Below the pieces are notes generated by a model, which worked only from the letters and a program-made list of their open reading frames with translations, was not told the DNA's origin and searched no databases. The position numbers and the translations under genes are program-made. A DNA stretch of 61,577 bases, the filler included, from Rhabdomonas costata (Eukaryota), in NCBI GenBank assembly GCA_019059605.1. It is 13 parts of 13 records of this genome, joined end to end, with 100 filler letters (N's around TTAATTAATTAA, not from the genome) between each part and the next. Parts side by side here need not be neighbours in the genome. Positions count along the whole stretch, not along the records: positions 1 to 4,661 come from JAHMHO010000181.1; positions 4,762 to 9,415 come from JAHMHO010000182.1; positions 9,516 to 14,169 come from JAHMHO010000183.1; 10 more parts are not named here. The stretch is one strand, 5' to 3'. Shown one piece after another: positions 1 to 12,700 of this stretch; positions within the stretch are counted from its first letter, which is position 1; each line of letters starts with the position of its first letter.

Positions 1-1
1 G

Positions 2-3000
2 GTTTTGGTTGCTGGTGCCGTGCGTCATCAGAGAAGGGTAGGTGAACAGTTCCAGAATGGAGAAGACGCCCACAACTGTGATGTTGGTGTGGAAGGAAAG
101 GGTCTCCAGGTATGTTCCCCCTGATATTGTGACCGGGTTCGAGCTAGTAACAAGCCCCACGCCTGAAGGAGGTACGAATGACAAATAGAGATCAGTGTAA
201 GTGTCCGCGTAGAACACCAATGACCCCAGCAGGCAGCTTGGATTGTCCCCAATCTTGGTGCAGTTGTGAGACGTTGAGGGGTCCAAGCCCCATTGAACCG
301 AATACCTCCGATCCACCAAAGCCGCTGGTACTGTGATCGTCTCGTTCATGCCGGCAGTGTCGTGGTGACGAGCAATCAGCCGGCAATGTATCAAAACCCG
401 AGTTCCAAGAGGAGCGACCGCCGGGGAGACTTCAACAGGTTGAATCAACATTTCAAGCCAGATCACCATGGTAATATTCGGGACCGCAAAGACGGAGTGG
501 AACGACTCTGCTTCGAAGCCAAAAGGGTAGAGGAAAGGGCCAACAATCTGATACGCGGCAGTGAACTGCACAGAGACGATAATGGAGTCAGGGGTCTCTG
601 GGAAGTGCACCCCGTACTCATTGGGAGGCAAGGGGCCCGTGTCGTTAGTACCCACAAAGCACGCCAACCAGGGCGTCAGCCCACTGGGAGGCAAGCTCGC
701 ATTCAGGGCACTGTTGATGTAGCTTGTTGCCCAGTATCGGTAACGCGGGTCAGGAGGGTTGAAGTTGGCCTCAATGAGCGCATCTGGACCACCCAAAATC
801 GCCTCTTGGGCAGCATACACGGTCTCTCGCCTAAATGTCGGTGCATTGGCAGAAACATTGAAGTAGGCGGTAACGTTGGTTCCGGCCCTGCAGTGATAAG
901 TGCACTCAAACGGTTCAAGGGTGAGGAAGTTGGCGTATACCCATCCCAGAACCTGCACAGGTGGCGTATCATAAAGAGTTCTTGTGTACATTGCGTGGAA
1001 CTGAAACTGGGCGTTGACGGCGAGGATCGAGGTCATCACAGGGGAAAAGTGCACGCAAAAGGCACTTCCACTATTGTTCCAGCGGATGTCGAACACCGAA
1101 AGATTGCAGTGCACGAAATCCCCCGCTGGGTAACACTCCACCAAAGGGTTGGTGCAGTCCAAGTCAATCCAAACCCTAGAACCTGGCATTATCTTGCTCA
1201 CGGGGACCCAAATCTGCTCCTCTCCCACAGTCTGGTAGGCGGACGTGTACAGCACATAGCTCACGGAAACATTGCGCCCAACATAGAACAGCTTGGGGTC
1301 GACAACCGCTTCGGCCTTAGTGTAAACAGTAGCGATCACAGTGAGGTTGGGGTTGAACGATGCCGGGGCAAAGTTTGTCGCCTGCAGAGTAAAGTTCGCG
1401 TTCAGAGGTCCAATCCACTCGTCAGGAGGGTACATAAAGAGTGCGAAAGAGGTCGGAATATTCCTGAAGTGGATACCAATTGCACTGAGGTTGCAAATAA
1501 ATGCGCCCTGGGTGAGATTGCCGCATGCCATGCGGGTGCCGTTTGCTGTGAGAGCAATCATCGGGGGAACCCAGCGCTGGGTGGTGACATTGAAGCGGAG
1601 GTATTGGGCAGGTATGGTGAGCGTCTCTCCAGATGTGGAGTTACCCGTGGCAAGCAGCGCAACATTGAGCACGGCAAGCTCTTCAGCCAGTATGGGCAGA
1701 CCGGTGTCACTCCAAATTTGCGAAGGGTCGACGTTGCCCTGAATGATGCTAATTGTTGGAGTGACAACTCCAAGAACTTTCGCAAAGATCGTCAAATTGG
1801 CTGGGGTGTTGTAGTCCGCTTGAAAAGACAGGTGGGATTGCCATGGGCCAACCCACGTGGTCAGAGGGGTGATCGCAAGTTTGATGTAGGTCAACGCCGG
1901 CTGGTAGTGATACCCTTGCAAGTACAAGGGGCAAACGAGCAAGCCACTGCTTACGTCCGCTGGGCAGTCACCCCAGGTGGTGTTGGAACCCGCAAGAGAC
2001 TGCACTTTCTGAACGTTGGGGTCGAGGAAGGCAACACTTTCTCCAGAGACGGAGACTGCCGTGGAGTTTGCCCAGAAACGTAACGTGAGAGCCTGACCAG
2101 CCAGGATAGTTAGGTTCACTGCTGGGTCCTGGGTGGCGTTAATTGTCGCAAGGATCGTGAGCTGCATTTCAATTGACTGTGTGATGAAATAGCGTCCCAT
2201 GACGGTAATTGTCGAGCCAATCAGACCCACAGAAGTGACCTTGGGCAGGAAGGAGATCATCAGCTGTGTGTAGGAGTTGGCCTTGAACTGCAGTGGCTGG
2301 GGACTGGCTCGGTACAGGGCACACTGCCACACAGTCCCCGTCGTGTTGTCGATGCTGCAGTTTCCCATGCTGCTGGTTCCATTAGCTGTGCTGCCGAGGA
2401 AAACCGGAGGGCTGTTGGGATCGGTATGCAAAACCGGCAACGTGAACGTCTCCCACCCAATTGAGTCAGACGAGGAATAAATTGAAAGGGGAATCGAGAC
2501 CCAGACATACTGCCGGGTTTGTACAGGAACGGTCGTCAGTGTGACACCTCCCAGCACAGTAATGTTGGGAATTATCAGCCCCGACTGAAAGTTTACTGCG
2601 GAGAACGTGAAGTTGCCAACCCAGGCACCTAACTTCGCTAAGTCCGGAACGAACCGGAACGAGAACGCCAGAGCCGTCGGCATGAACACCAGTTGGTGAG
2701 CCAGCAGACTACAATTGTAGGAGTTCGGGTAGGTCGTGATGATGTCACAGGTCCAGGTAGTGGCCCAGTTATCTGGTGACCATGACAGGCTATTCTGGTA
2801 AAGAGGGGCAGTGACAATGATCGCGTCCCCTCCAAACACAGAGGGGGCCGTTGAAGCGATCAAAAGATCAACCTGCACCGTGTCCTGTGAGATTGCAGGT
2901 GAAGGGTCCACGTTCGTGACGTATGGAAACAAAAGCCCAACTGCCCGGAAGTCGCCCATGATGTAGTAATCGATAAAGTCCGTGGCAAAAAAGCCGATGA

Positions 3001-4627
3001 TTGGTGTGACGGGGCCCAGAACGGTCGCCACAGGAGTGAAGTGCAACGCAACACGAGTGCCGTTAGGCGCCACCTGAATGTTGGTGAAATGAAACCCGAC
3101 AAGATGGCATTCCACAAATCCTGTGGTGCCATTGATCGTAAAATTGGGATTCATCACGCAAGCGCCCCCCACGTTGGGGTTGGCCACAGAGGACCAGCTC
3201 ATGGGGAGGGTGAGGTTCACAACGGAGGCCTCGATACGGATGACCTCACCAGAGGTTGAGTTTCCTGTGGCGCTGACGACCAGAACAACGGTGACATTGT
3301 CCTCGACAATGAAAAAGACGGACGTAGGGTAGGCAGGGTCTGGAAGGCTGCCCTTTACCCCCGCACCAAGCTGCCTCGTAGATGCCCCGGGAATGCTGAA
3401 CAGCCCCTGCACCTGAACGTGGGGTCGCACTGGGGCGAGCTGAAAGTACGAGGAGGTGAAGTCAAGTTGTAGTCCCAGATCTCCGACGGACGTGGTGGGA
3501 GGCAAAAAGGTCAAGTTTATCTGATTGTACCCCGGCAACTCGTTGATCCAGACAATGCCTGCCGACGAGAAATCACACAGCAAGGCAGACGCGTTGGCAG
3601 CGTCGATACCACACGTCCCATTAACAGTCCCATTCTGAAAGGTAATTGTCGTTCCGGGCGCCACCATGCCACGTAAAAACCTAAGTCGGTTCAAGCCAAG
3701 GGTGACTCCACTGACGTCGAACACCATGGCAATGGTAACGATCTGGCCCGACAAAGGGTAGTTGTTGATGGCGCCGTTCACGTAGGTGAGAACACTGGTG
3801 AAGTTGAATGTAGCAATTGACGTGAAGTTCAATGTGGGAGTGATCATAGCCGCAAAATACCCTGCTAGAACGGTTGAGTTGGTCCACCAGGGTCCCACTG
3901 CAGTAGTCAGGGGATGCACGGTGATGTAGTACCACTGCGGGATAATCAAGAACCCTGTCGAGTTAATTCGGACCCAACAATCCCACTCCTCGCCGGTGGA
4001 GGACAAGTCGCAGTTGGTGGGGTCGGCGATCTGCCCGTTCGTATTTAGCACCTTGCCCCAGAACGGGGTGATTGGACTCAAGACGCTGTATGGGTGGGAA
4101 ATCCGTTCATCCTTGGTGGTGTTGCAAGTGCTCCAAAAGTAGAACCCCAGAACAACCGCGGTTCCGTGAATGTTGGAGGATGGATAGATGGACTGATTCA
4201 CCATCGTGAAGTATCCTTCGAAAGAGGTGTTCGGATAGGAAATGTTGTCAAAAAAGAAGTTGGCGCGGTGGATGATTGTGGTGTACCACGGCGAGCATGT
4301 TGTGATGGTTGGGGCGGTGAAGACGTAGTAGATTCGAGGAGTGGTGCTGAAGAAGCCCTTGGTGAGGTTGCATTGGTAATACGACCCAATGATGGAGCAA
4401 TTGGTGGCCGTTTGCTGCACGGGAGTGGTGCTCCACTGCACCGTGGCATCGGGGAAAATCCCAGAGGCAGGGGTCAGCAGAACCTCTCCGCCCACGGAGG
4501 TACCCGTGGCCACGACGGTGTAGGTCATCATGAAGTGCTGCGCGTGCTTCACTATCAATGGGGTGGAGTATGACCGTGCGTCCAAGAACAGCGCAGTGAT
4601 CACCACAGGAGGAGTGACGGGCAGTGG
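2..4627 (-). CDS. Partial giant intronless ORF (>1500 codons), probable secreted/surface glycoprotein with repeated beta-sandwich (Ig/DUF11-like) units
   Basis: No ORF in this minus frame appears in the track, consistent with an ORF that runs off the window start. Segments I translated by hand (about 4618-3781 and 120-2) are stop-free, e.g. VTPPVVITALFLDARSYSTPLIVKHAQHFMMTYTVVATGTSVGGEVLLTPASG...NCSIIGSYYQCNLTKG and GTYLETLSFHTNITVVGVFSILELFTYPSL. They are rich in T/S/V/F, with many N-x-S/T sequons and paired Cys. The domain identity is inference. Confidence 0.8.
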
Positions 4628-4660
4628 GCTGTTCTTGGACGCACGGTCATACACCACCCC
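4560..4660. repeat. Contig-terminal inverted repeat (fold-back), probable amplification artefact
   Basis: 4560-4592 and 4628-4660 are reverse complements (33 bp, one mismatch); the second arm runs to the contig end. Confidence 0.85.
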
Positions 4661-4661
4661 C

Positions 4662-4761
4662 NNNNNNNNNNNNNNNNNNNNNNNNNNNNNNNNNNNNNNN
4701 NNNNNTTAATTAATTAANNNNNNNNNNNNNNNNNNNNNNNNNNNNNNNNNNNNNNNNNNNN
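4662..4761. other. Artificial contig-joining linker (N44-TTAATTAATTAA-N44); the same linker is at 9416, 14170, 18955, 23706, 28449, 33195, 37930, 42662, 47383, 52156 and 56871
   Basis: Identical 100-nt N spacers with a 12-mer that has stops in all six frames, recurring about every 4.7 kb. Confidence 0.98.
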
Positions 4762-5835
4762 TGGGTTGTTTCTATTGTTGCTGTGATTCGTGCTGTTCCT
4801 GTTGCTGTTGTTGTCATTCCCCATTTTTAGGTCTCACCGCAGTAACTGTGTTGTATTGCCCCTGTGTACACTGCTCTTCATGGCAGGGAGTGTGCCCCCT
4901 GTGTGCAAACATTCTTGCTAGCGATATGTTTCTTCCCCTTCGCGGAGGGTCGTTTGCGGGGAAAGAGGAGGGTGCTCTCCCACCGCCTTTCGCATTGGGT
5001 TTGAGAAATGAGCGGGCAGGCCGGAGATTCACCCGCCGGTTCCTCTTGGCCACCGTAGTGGTGGCTTTTTTCCTTTCCTTTTTTCGCTTGAGGTGTGTAT
5101 TCTGTTGCATGGGTGACGTGCACTGGCATTCATGGTGCGTGCTGTGCTCGGACCTTTACATAAACGGGATGTGGGGACGCCTTGGGAAATGTGCAAAGAT
5201 CGAAGGTTAGATTCCCACATCTTGAGGCGATCCTTGTCCACGAGGTAAGACTCGGTGTTTGGCTGTTGCCCCTTTGGTGGGTGGAGGACGTGCTGATTTT
5301 TCATCTTCGACTGGTCTTTATCAACGTGTAATTCAAATCGCTCGGCGAAGTGTATGACAGACTTGTGAAATGTATTCCTCTATTCCCATTCCTCTTTGAC
5401 CTCGAAATTGGATGTTCTTTAAAAGTGTGGTTCCCTACCTTGCTGTGTTAATCATGTTCAAGGACTTTTACACCTCATGGAGGTTGCGTTCACCGATGCG
5501 GTGGGGTCCGTTGTGGGTTCTCACAGTTGTCCGCCGAAACGGTGGTCGTCCGCGCGTATATTGATGAATAATTATGCGCCCCCGTCCATTCTGTCAACAA
5601 CATGCATGCTTGTGTGGTGGCTCGACCCGTTTCGCCATCGCTCACGGCAATGCCTTGAAACTGCGAAGTCGAGTAACTTCTGTTAACATCCCTTGTCTGC
5701 CCTGAGTGGTGGCTGAGTTCTTTCTGGTTTTGTGTGTTTTCAGCATTCTCCGACTATTATCTATTGTTCTGGTCTTTTCTTTTGACTTCCCTTCAGGCAG
5801 AGCGCCTCCTCCTGCTCCGAAAAAAGCGGGTGACA

Positions 5836-7528
5836 ATGGAGGAATTTCCGGGCCTAGCAGCGACGCAATCACCCAATCCATCCCAAGACCAAGCCCTGGC
5901 TTTTCTGTCACCACCGCCTCCATCGGATTTTTCGTCGGGGTTTTCCGCACTCATGACAACCCACCCTGCTGTGCCAGCGGTCTCCGTGGGAATGCCCCCG
6001 ATGCCACCTTTGGCCCCCCCTGAGGCCTCTCCGTTGCAGCTCTCCCACCTCACCTCTGAGCAGGCCCACCAAATCTGGAAGCTCAAGCAGCTCACCCCGG
6101 AGCAGCTCCAGCTGATGGTCCAGCACCAAGGACTGAGCCCTGCGCAGGTGCAGCAGGTGCAACAGCTGCTGGCCCTTCCTGAGCAGCAGCCTGCGTTACC
6201 GGCATCCCCTCCGTCCCATCAGCCTGTGATGGTGGGGGATATGATGCAGCATCGGGGCTTGGAGAACGGTTCCTCAGAGAAGCAGGACCCTTGGGGACCA
6301 CCAGGGGCATACGTTGGTGCCCCTGATGCCTTCTGTTCTCCAAGAGAAGAGTCCAATCCATGGGCAGAGGGAGCCGTTCCCTCGGCCAGCGAAGACTCCA
6401 GTGCTTGGGCGGGGTTTGGAGGGCAGAGTGAGGTGCAGCGAGTGCTGCAAGCATTGCAGCAGCAGCGCTCCCTCGCTGCCTCATCTGAAGAATCGGACGT
6501 GGGACTAGCACCGTTTTTCGGAAGGGAGGCCGACGACACTGACCCTTGGGGCCGGCCGAGCTCGTTCGAGGACCACTCTGAGCTGGGGATTCCTGCAAGT
6601 GCGCTTTTTGCCTCTGATGGGCCTTCGGGGAGTGCACGGGCTCCCACACGGGAGGCGCCGCCCCCCTCTTCTACCGCCGCGGCTTCGACAGAGAAGAAGT
6701 CCGCTGCGGTGGAGGATGCCGAGGGGGAGGGGGAGGGGCAGAGCCTGACCGAGCGCCTGTCGGCTCAGCTCCGCGCCGGGACTTACGAGTGCATGGTGTG
6801 CTGCGAGCCCGTGCGTAGGGACCAGCCCGTGTGGAGCTGCCGGACGTGCTACCAGATCTTCCACATGTCATGCATCCAGAGGTACTGGCACTCCTCCTCC
6901 CATGTCTTCGGCTGTTTGGTTGGGGTGAAGTCGGAGTTTTCTTTTTCTTGAAAGCAAACCTTTGAATTCCAAATGGAGCCGCGAGTCACTGGCTCCTTTT
7001 TGTTGCTTTGATGCACCCTGGTTTTATATGCACATGCACATGTCTGCCTGAGGCCTGCCGGTTAGGTGTGATTGGTAAGTACCTCGCTTTATGGCCGCCT
7101 TGAACTGCTCCATTCACGACTTCCATGCCAATAGAATATCATACTGCTTGGCAAAGCACTTCAGGACAATTACTGGTCACAGTTCGGGCAATTTGGAAGG
7201 CCACTGATCCCGGGTGGTCGGGTGGTGGCGTGATTGTCACTCATTCACGTCTCTTGACAAGTCATCTCCGATATTTGCATAACAGGAGTAGGGTTTCGCC
7301 AAAAAAGAAAAAGATAAAAGAACAGAAGTTGGTGTGAGAAGAGCGAGACCTCTTCCCCGCGCATCTTCCTTGTCTGTGTATGGGGGTGTCTCTCTCACTG
7401 GGTGGCAGGTGGGGCCTGGCGCGGCTGTCCAGCAGTGGGTTTCGGTGCCCCGCGGGGTGCCAAGCAGAGTACAAGGTGGGGGTGTTCCGGCTGCGATACA
7501 CATGCTGGTGTGGGCGCGCTCCCCGCCG
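5836..7528 (+). CDS. NF-X1/NFXL1-type RING E3 ligase-like gene, 5' exons
   Basis: Exon 5836-6882 has a low-complexity P/Q/S N-terminus, then LSAQLRAGTYECMVCCEPVRRDQPVWSCRTCYQIFHMSCIQR. It splices in phase (GT..AG) to exon 7409-7528, WGLARLSSSGFRCPAGCQAEYKVGVFRLRYTCWCGR, matching the NF-X1 RING followed by the Y-C-x-C-G motif. Confidence 0.8.
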
Positions 7529-7559
7529 GTCAGATGCTCCCCTTTTTGTTTTGCGAAAT

Positions 7560-8380
7560 CTCTCTGAACTGCAATTGCAACTCATTGGATGCACTGCCTT
7601 CACCTTCGGACAACCTATCACGTCAATGGGGCTTTTTCTTACCCTTGGGGGAACATGCTTTAGGTGGTGGCCGAGTTCGGACGGTGGTTGCGCACACCTC
7701 TATCCCCACGCAGTTCACCTACAACAGCTCCGGGAATGCCCGCACAACAGTGGATCTCCCTGTACCGGTCACCCCACAGCCGTATACCCGTACAGTGATC
7801 TTTCATTAAGAGCGGGAGTGGTAGAAGATGTGGCGCAACCTTACCGTCGGAGCGATACCGTTATTGGACTACCTTCGCATTGCTGCCTTCAGATTTGCCA
7901 GCCCTCTGATGACCTGATACACGGCTTTACGTGTAAAATGCTTAACGAAATGTTCATTGAGGGCAGAATCATCTTTCTGTCTCTTTTCCTCAAAGAGTTC
8001 TGTGAGTGTTTGTGGACCACTCCGATGCCTGGTTTCGGATTTTGTATTGGACTTTGTCACGCGAAATGCGGCAAATTGAGGCCTTGGGGATTTACCTAAT
8101 ACTGTCCCTAACCCCTGCCGACCTCTCGAACGACGGTCTCATCGCAGTTGGAGTGGGTCCCCTGGGATGCTTGCAGGGGCAGTTGGGGTCTGGAGTTGGG
8201 GTCTGGGTTGTGTCCCACCCCTACAACTTCACGTGCACGGGAGAAAAAGTTTTGTTATTGAAGAAGGTGGAAGCAAGTGCGTCTGGACCTTCGTCAAAAC
8301 AAGATGCGATTTGCTTTCAGGTCTGTTTATCTCTCATTCCCGTCATTTTGCTGACATAATCCACCAGTGCTCTCATTTCT
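7560..8380 (-). mobile_element. Degenerate LINE-like (non-LTR) ORF2 fragment
   Basis: Broken minus-strand frames with several stops include PPSELGHHLKHVPPRVRKSPIDVIGCPKVKAV, which resembles the pre-RT 'EL..ALK....KSPGxDG' motif, and HFTRKAVYQVIRG. Motif-level evidence only. Confidence 0.35.
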
Positions 8381-8504
8381 GTGTCTGCACTTTTTTCCTT
8401 GCTGTTTTACTTGTGTGTTGCTTGTGAAGTGCGCTTGTGTGCGTGTGGCTGTGAAAGACCTTCTGTGATCAAGGCGTACCCCACCCCCCCACTTCCGTTT
8501 CAAA

Positions 8505-9415
8505 ATGGACTCTCCCGGCGCGGGTGCTGAGCCCCAGGATGCCGCATCTCCGTCTGCGCTGTCCCCGGACTTTGCTGCGGCCGCGGCTCAGGACTCGCCC
8601 CATGCCTCCACCCCTTCCGCTCTGGAGGGACCCTCGGGGCTGCCTGAGGCTGGCAGCACCGCAGACGGAGATGAGAGCTCCAGCGTGGTCAGTGCGATGG
8701 ACCCGGAGAACCCCATTCTGGCCCCCGTGCAGCAGCGGTATGTTCCTCCAAACCTGTTCAAACCCACACGCGAACGCGCGCCACCAATTACCCAACTGAC
8801 TTTGGGCGGAGGAGGCGATTGGCAACGGTACCAGAGGTAACAGAAAGTCTATCGAAATTTTGTCTTGCTAAAGGTTAGATTACGGCACACTGATGGATCT
8901 GATGGAGGGCCATTAATTTATTTTCCAATAGGAAAACCGTAACCATTACGCAGGGTCGGCCTTTTTTTTTTACAGTAAAATGCTAAAAGACTGTTTTAAA
9001 ATTGTAAAAAGATGTTTTCACTATTCCATTTGCTGCATAAGGGTCCATTGCCGATGGGTCGCTTTGTGTAACTTGTGCTGTTGTGCTGTGGTGCTTTGTG
9101 AACTGTTGTACTGGACAGATGCTGCACAACAACAACATTCCGTTAAGTCCGCAAAAAAATTTTGAGGAAAAAGCGTAAAAACTGCAAAAAAAAAAATTTT
9201 TGTAAAAGGCCTTCCCTTCCGTAACCTTTACCCGTAATAACCGTTGCCACTCCCCCCTTCCACCGTCAATTGCAACCTCGGCCGTTTTTTTCATCACTGG
9301 CACAACGTAAAGACGAAGACATGGAATTGGTTTGTGTTGACATTTTTGCACAGATACGAGCGCCAGCTTCGCCGGCACCTCGAAGAGGCTGCACTGAACC
9401 TGTGCAAAAAAACAA
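8505..9415 (+). CDS. CCDC40: CCDC40-like axonemal coiled-coil protein, N-terminal exons (partial)
   Basis: Exon 8505-8737 is acidic and low-complexity, ending AMDPENPILAPVQQR. It splices in phase 2 to exon 9354-9415 (YERQLRRHLEEAALNL). This resembles the conserved CCDC40 'LDP.HPLM...Q..L...L......L' start of the coiled coil. Confidence 0.6.
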
Positions 9416-9520
9416 NNNNNNNNNNNNNNNNNNNNNNNNNNNNNNNNNNNNNNNNNNNNTTAATTAATTAANNNNNNNNNNNNNNNNNNNNNNNNNNNNN
9501 NNNNNNNNNNNNNNNGTTGG

Positions 9521-9701
9521 TGTTTTTAATTATGAATTATCTCTGTTTGGAATCGGTTACACTGTGCGCCACCATTTGTTAGTTAACATTCCTCCAAATG
9601 GCTAAAACTCTCTTCCATAAATCATAGGAGGAATGTTAACTAACAAATGGTGGCGCACAGTGTAACCGATTCCAAACAGAGATAATTCATAATTAAAAAC
9701 A
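9521..9701. repeat. Perfect 75-bp inverted repeat at contig start (fold-back), probable amplification artefact
   Basis: 9521-9595 is the exact reverse complement of 9627-9701, with a 31-nt loop; the first arm begins 5 nt from the contig start. Confidence 0.9.
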
Positions 9702-12700
9702 GTGATGATAAACCACTACTCTGCGTTGCGTACATCACTGACAAACTAAGACAACCACACACCAGTCGCTCCACTCTTCTATTGTTACATGAGTGTACAC
9801 ACAAAGAGTGTGTGTTCACTCGTGTTTGTGCCTGCTTAAGGGAGAGGTGTAAATCATTCTCCGTAGGCACCATAATTGGAGCTTCCATTGTTTGCTACAT
9901 TACCTTAGACAAATGTGCAAACAGTGCGGTACAAAATGTGCCATTTTTGTTACTGTCAGTAGGTCTTATCTGCTGACTTTTTTCGGACAGACCATGAAGA
10001 ACAACAATACAAACAGTGAAAACGAACGGCAGACAAACAAAACAAATGCAAGCTTTTTTTCGTGAGGTGGTCTCCTAACGAAACGCGCACTTAGACAAAC
10101 TGTGGTGGTGGGCTTCGTGGTGGGGGCTGTCCAATTGGAAATTAGGGACAGCCTTTTTTCTGCGCGTGGGTGTGGTTCGCGACCCAAAATCCAGAAACAT
10201 GGTTGAACAGACCGCCATTTGAATAAAACCAACCCCAGCGAAAGGAAGTGCGACCAAAGTTGTGTGTGCAATGTCTTCTATTGGCTTTTCCTTTAGAGAT
10301 TTTTCCTCTTATACCAGGTGTTGCGGTCAGGTGGGCGATCTAATGGACAAACGTCCCTGCCAAATTCTGTTGCTTACGAGGTCTTGGGACGCGCACTTGC
10401 TAGTCAGGCCTTGCAGTGGTCAGAGCAAGTTGAAAATCACGAGTGAGAGTCGACATGAACTCGACATGCAAGGTCGGCTTGTGGCTCGGCCTCGGAAGGT
10501 GGTGGTCGTACGAAGTAGCGGCCTGTGAACAGCTCTCCAGGAATTGTGGCGGAAAACACAAATAATAAATCAATTTATGGATTAATACGAAACAAGAAAG
10601 CTATGAAACAGGGCTCAAACAGGAGAGGGTTCAAATGCAACTGTTCATTCTCCCATTTGTGGAGCTTCCTAAGACGAATTCCAATCAACCAAACAAATAT
10701 TACACGATCTTACATTCAACAATGTCCAATGCACCCGCGTTCGATTGCGAGAATTTCCCGAATCGAACGTGGCAAAAACAACACAAAGGAGCATGTGGAT
10801 CGGAGGGGTGATCTGTTGGGCACACTTGGGTCGGGCGGTTTGGCGGAGATTGGGCGGTTACATTTGGGGGTTTTGGTGGCAGGGAAGGGCGGCCTGGAAG
10901 ATTCCCATGGCCATGACCTACGGCACTGGTGAGTGAGGGTACACCTGGGCGTTTGGAGTACGACGGCCGTGTCCGTTAGATCATGCCAAGTCGTGGTAAT
11001 AATGTTGTGGAGCCGATAGCGGTAAAATATGTCGAACACCAGTTAAACACCACTTCACATGTATGACACGGTACAGCGTCAAACGTCTTGTATATATTCA
11101 ATTTGACTGCCGACAGCAAGCTCGCAACAAGCAGTTTTTCGGAGTTGCCGCAGAATTCTGTTCAGCTTGGATTGTTAGGTCCTTTTCTGACATCCATGAT
11201 CTGTGCTCAGCGCACTAAGTAAGCGGCTGCCTTTGTTTACCATGGCGGGACAAACATCACGAGGCTGAATTTTTCCCGCTCCAGGTCTAGATTCCTTTTC
11301 TTGTGGGCCGGGATCTCTCAAATCCGCTTGGATTACAGTTTGTGTTGTCGGGGCGCTCTTTAGATAATGCGGTACATGGTCTTGGGCTCGTTGGGCTTTA
11401 TAGCTGGTCTGATATTGTTTTGTCTTGTGCAGGCGGAGCGTTGCATACGCGTATTATTTTAGTGTTCCGTTCCGCTGAGCGGTCGTGTGCCGGAGGCCAG
11501 GCGCCGATCCATCATTCCTCTGGCGCCTTTCAGACACCAAAAACAAGGCAAGCAACGAAACATGGATCCAATACCCACCTCCAAGATGAGACATTACCCG
11601 TTATTACAAATGTTACTCGTACGTCGTCTCGAATCGCTTCTTTGTGTTTTGGCTTTTAACAACTACCAAATCACAGTCTAAATCATTCAAAAACAAATGC
11701 GCCTCAAAGAAACTCGATCCAAAGTTGTCATATGGGTGAAGGCCAAGACCTCTATCATCCTCCGCTCGATTTCATGAAAGCGGCTTCAAAAAACCGGGAT
11801 ATTCCTCTTTTAATTCTTGAAGCTAAATCTCTATCACGCTTATCTGCTCAGGTAAAAAACGCGTCAAAAAAACGCACAGAACGGTACTTCACGTGCGGTA
11901 CGGCTCTACCTTTCGGCCTAAGATCTGACCGGCGTGTAAAGGAAGCGGGGGAAATTAAGGCAACCTCCTGATATAACTTTTTTAACCGTGGCAATGTGGG
12001 TAAAACAGCACATGTGGGGCCACAGTTACAGTGCTTTCTCGTTTTCTTCGCCTCTTTCTGACATTCTGCTACTTCGTAACAAGCGGCGAGAGCCTTCAGC
12101 TGCTACTTCCGCTAGTTAGTTCCTTAGGCCGTATTTGTGGACGCTGGCTACGAGGAGCGTGCGTCTTTCACGGTATGTCCCACCAAAACGCGGACAGGTA
12201 CCTTTCCGCGCGGTGCTTCGTAACATATTGTGGTAGTCGTTGGGTGGGTGATTTGCGCTTCAGTCATGGTAGGGGTGGTCACGTAGCATGGCCGCTAGGA
12301 CCTTCATCACTAGAGGCCATGAGCGTAGCGAAGGGATCATCACGACGGTAGAGTACTGAGTACGAGCGTTGAACGCAGTGTCGAGCGACAAAGACATTAC
12401 AAACTGAATGAAAAGCGTATCGGGGAATGAAGTGAGAGCCGGACCGGAGGCCATCTTCAACGATCATCTTCTACTTGGCGGCCTCAGTCACTCAACATCC
12501 TCGTCATGGTTCGTTCTGCCGCCATAAGGCGCCTTCACTCACTCATCCAGCGTCTCTATGGTTCACACGACGGTCCTAAGCACGGTTACGTTCACCCATA
12601 GAAGAGGTGCCATCCACTACGCGTAACTCTCTCAGTTGGGGTCTGACATCTTGGTGATTCGGAACTACCACCACATTGCCACTAAGACACATACCGTCAG

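Noticed and set aside
293-2083. 596-aa plus-strand ORF
   Set aside because: Antisense shadow of the long minus-strand ORF; it is R/G/H/V-rich with no motif.
4706-4717. Regularly spaced TTAATTAATTAA as a CRISPR-like or biological repeat
   Set aside because: Always embedded in N runs of fixed length; it is an assembly concatenation linker.
9521-9701. 75-bp perfect hairpin as a MITE or miRNA precursor
   Set aside because: It abuts the contig start with primer-like G/T bases, the same pattern as 4560-4660, so an amplification fold-back is more likely.
10795-10928. Small Trp/Gly-rich ORF or exon ending at a GTGAGT donor
   Set aside because: No partner exons or recognisable motif, and the frame is ambiguous.
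12070-12230. LTR end plus primer-binding site (TTCGTAACA occurs twice)
   Set aside because: No matching LTR start, second LTR or gag/pol remnants could be identified.
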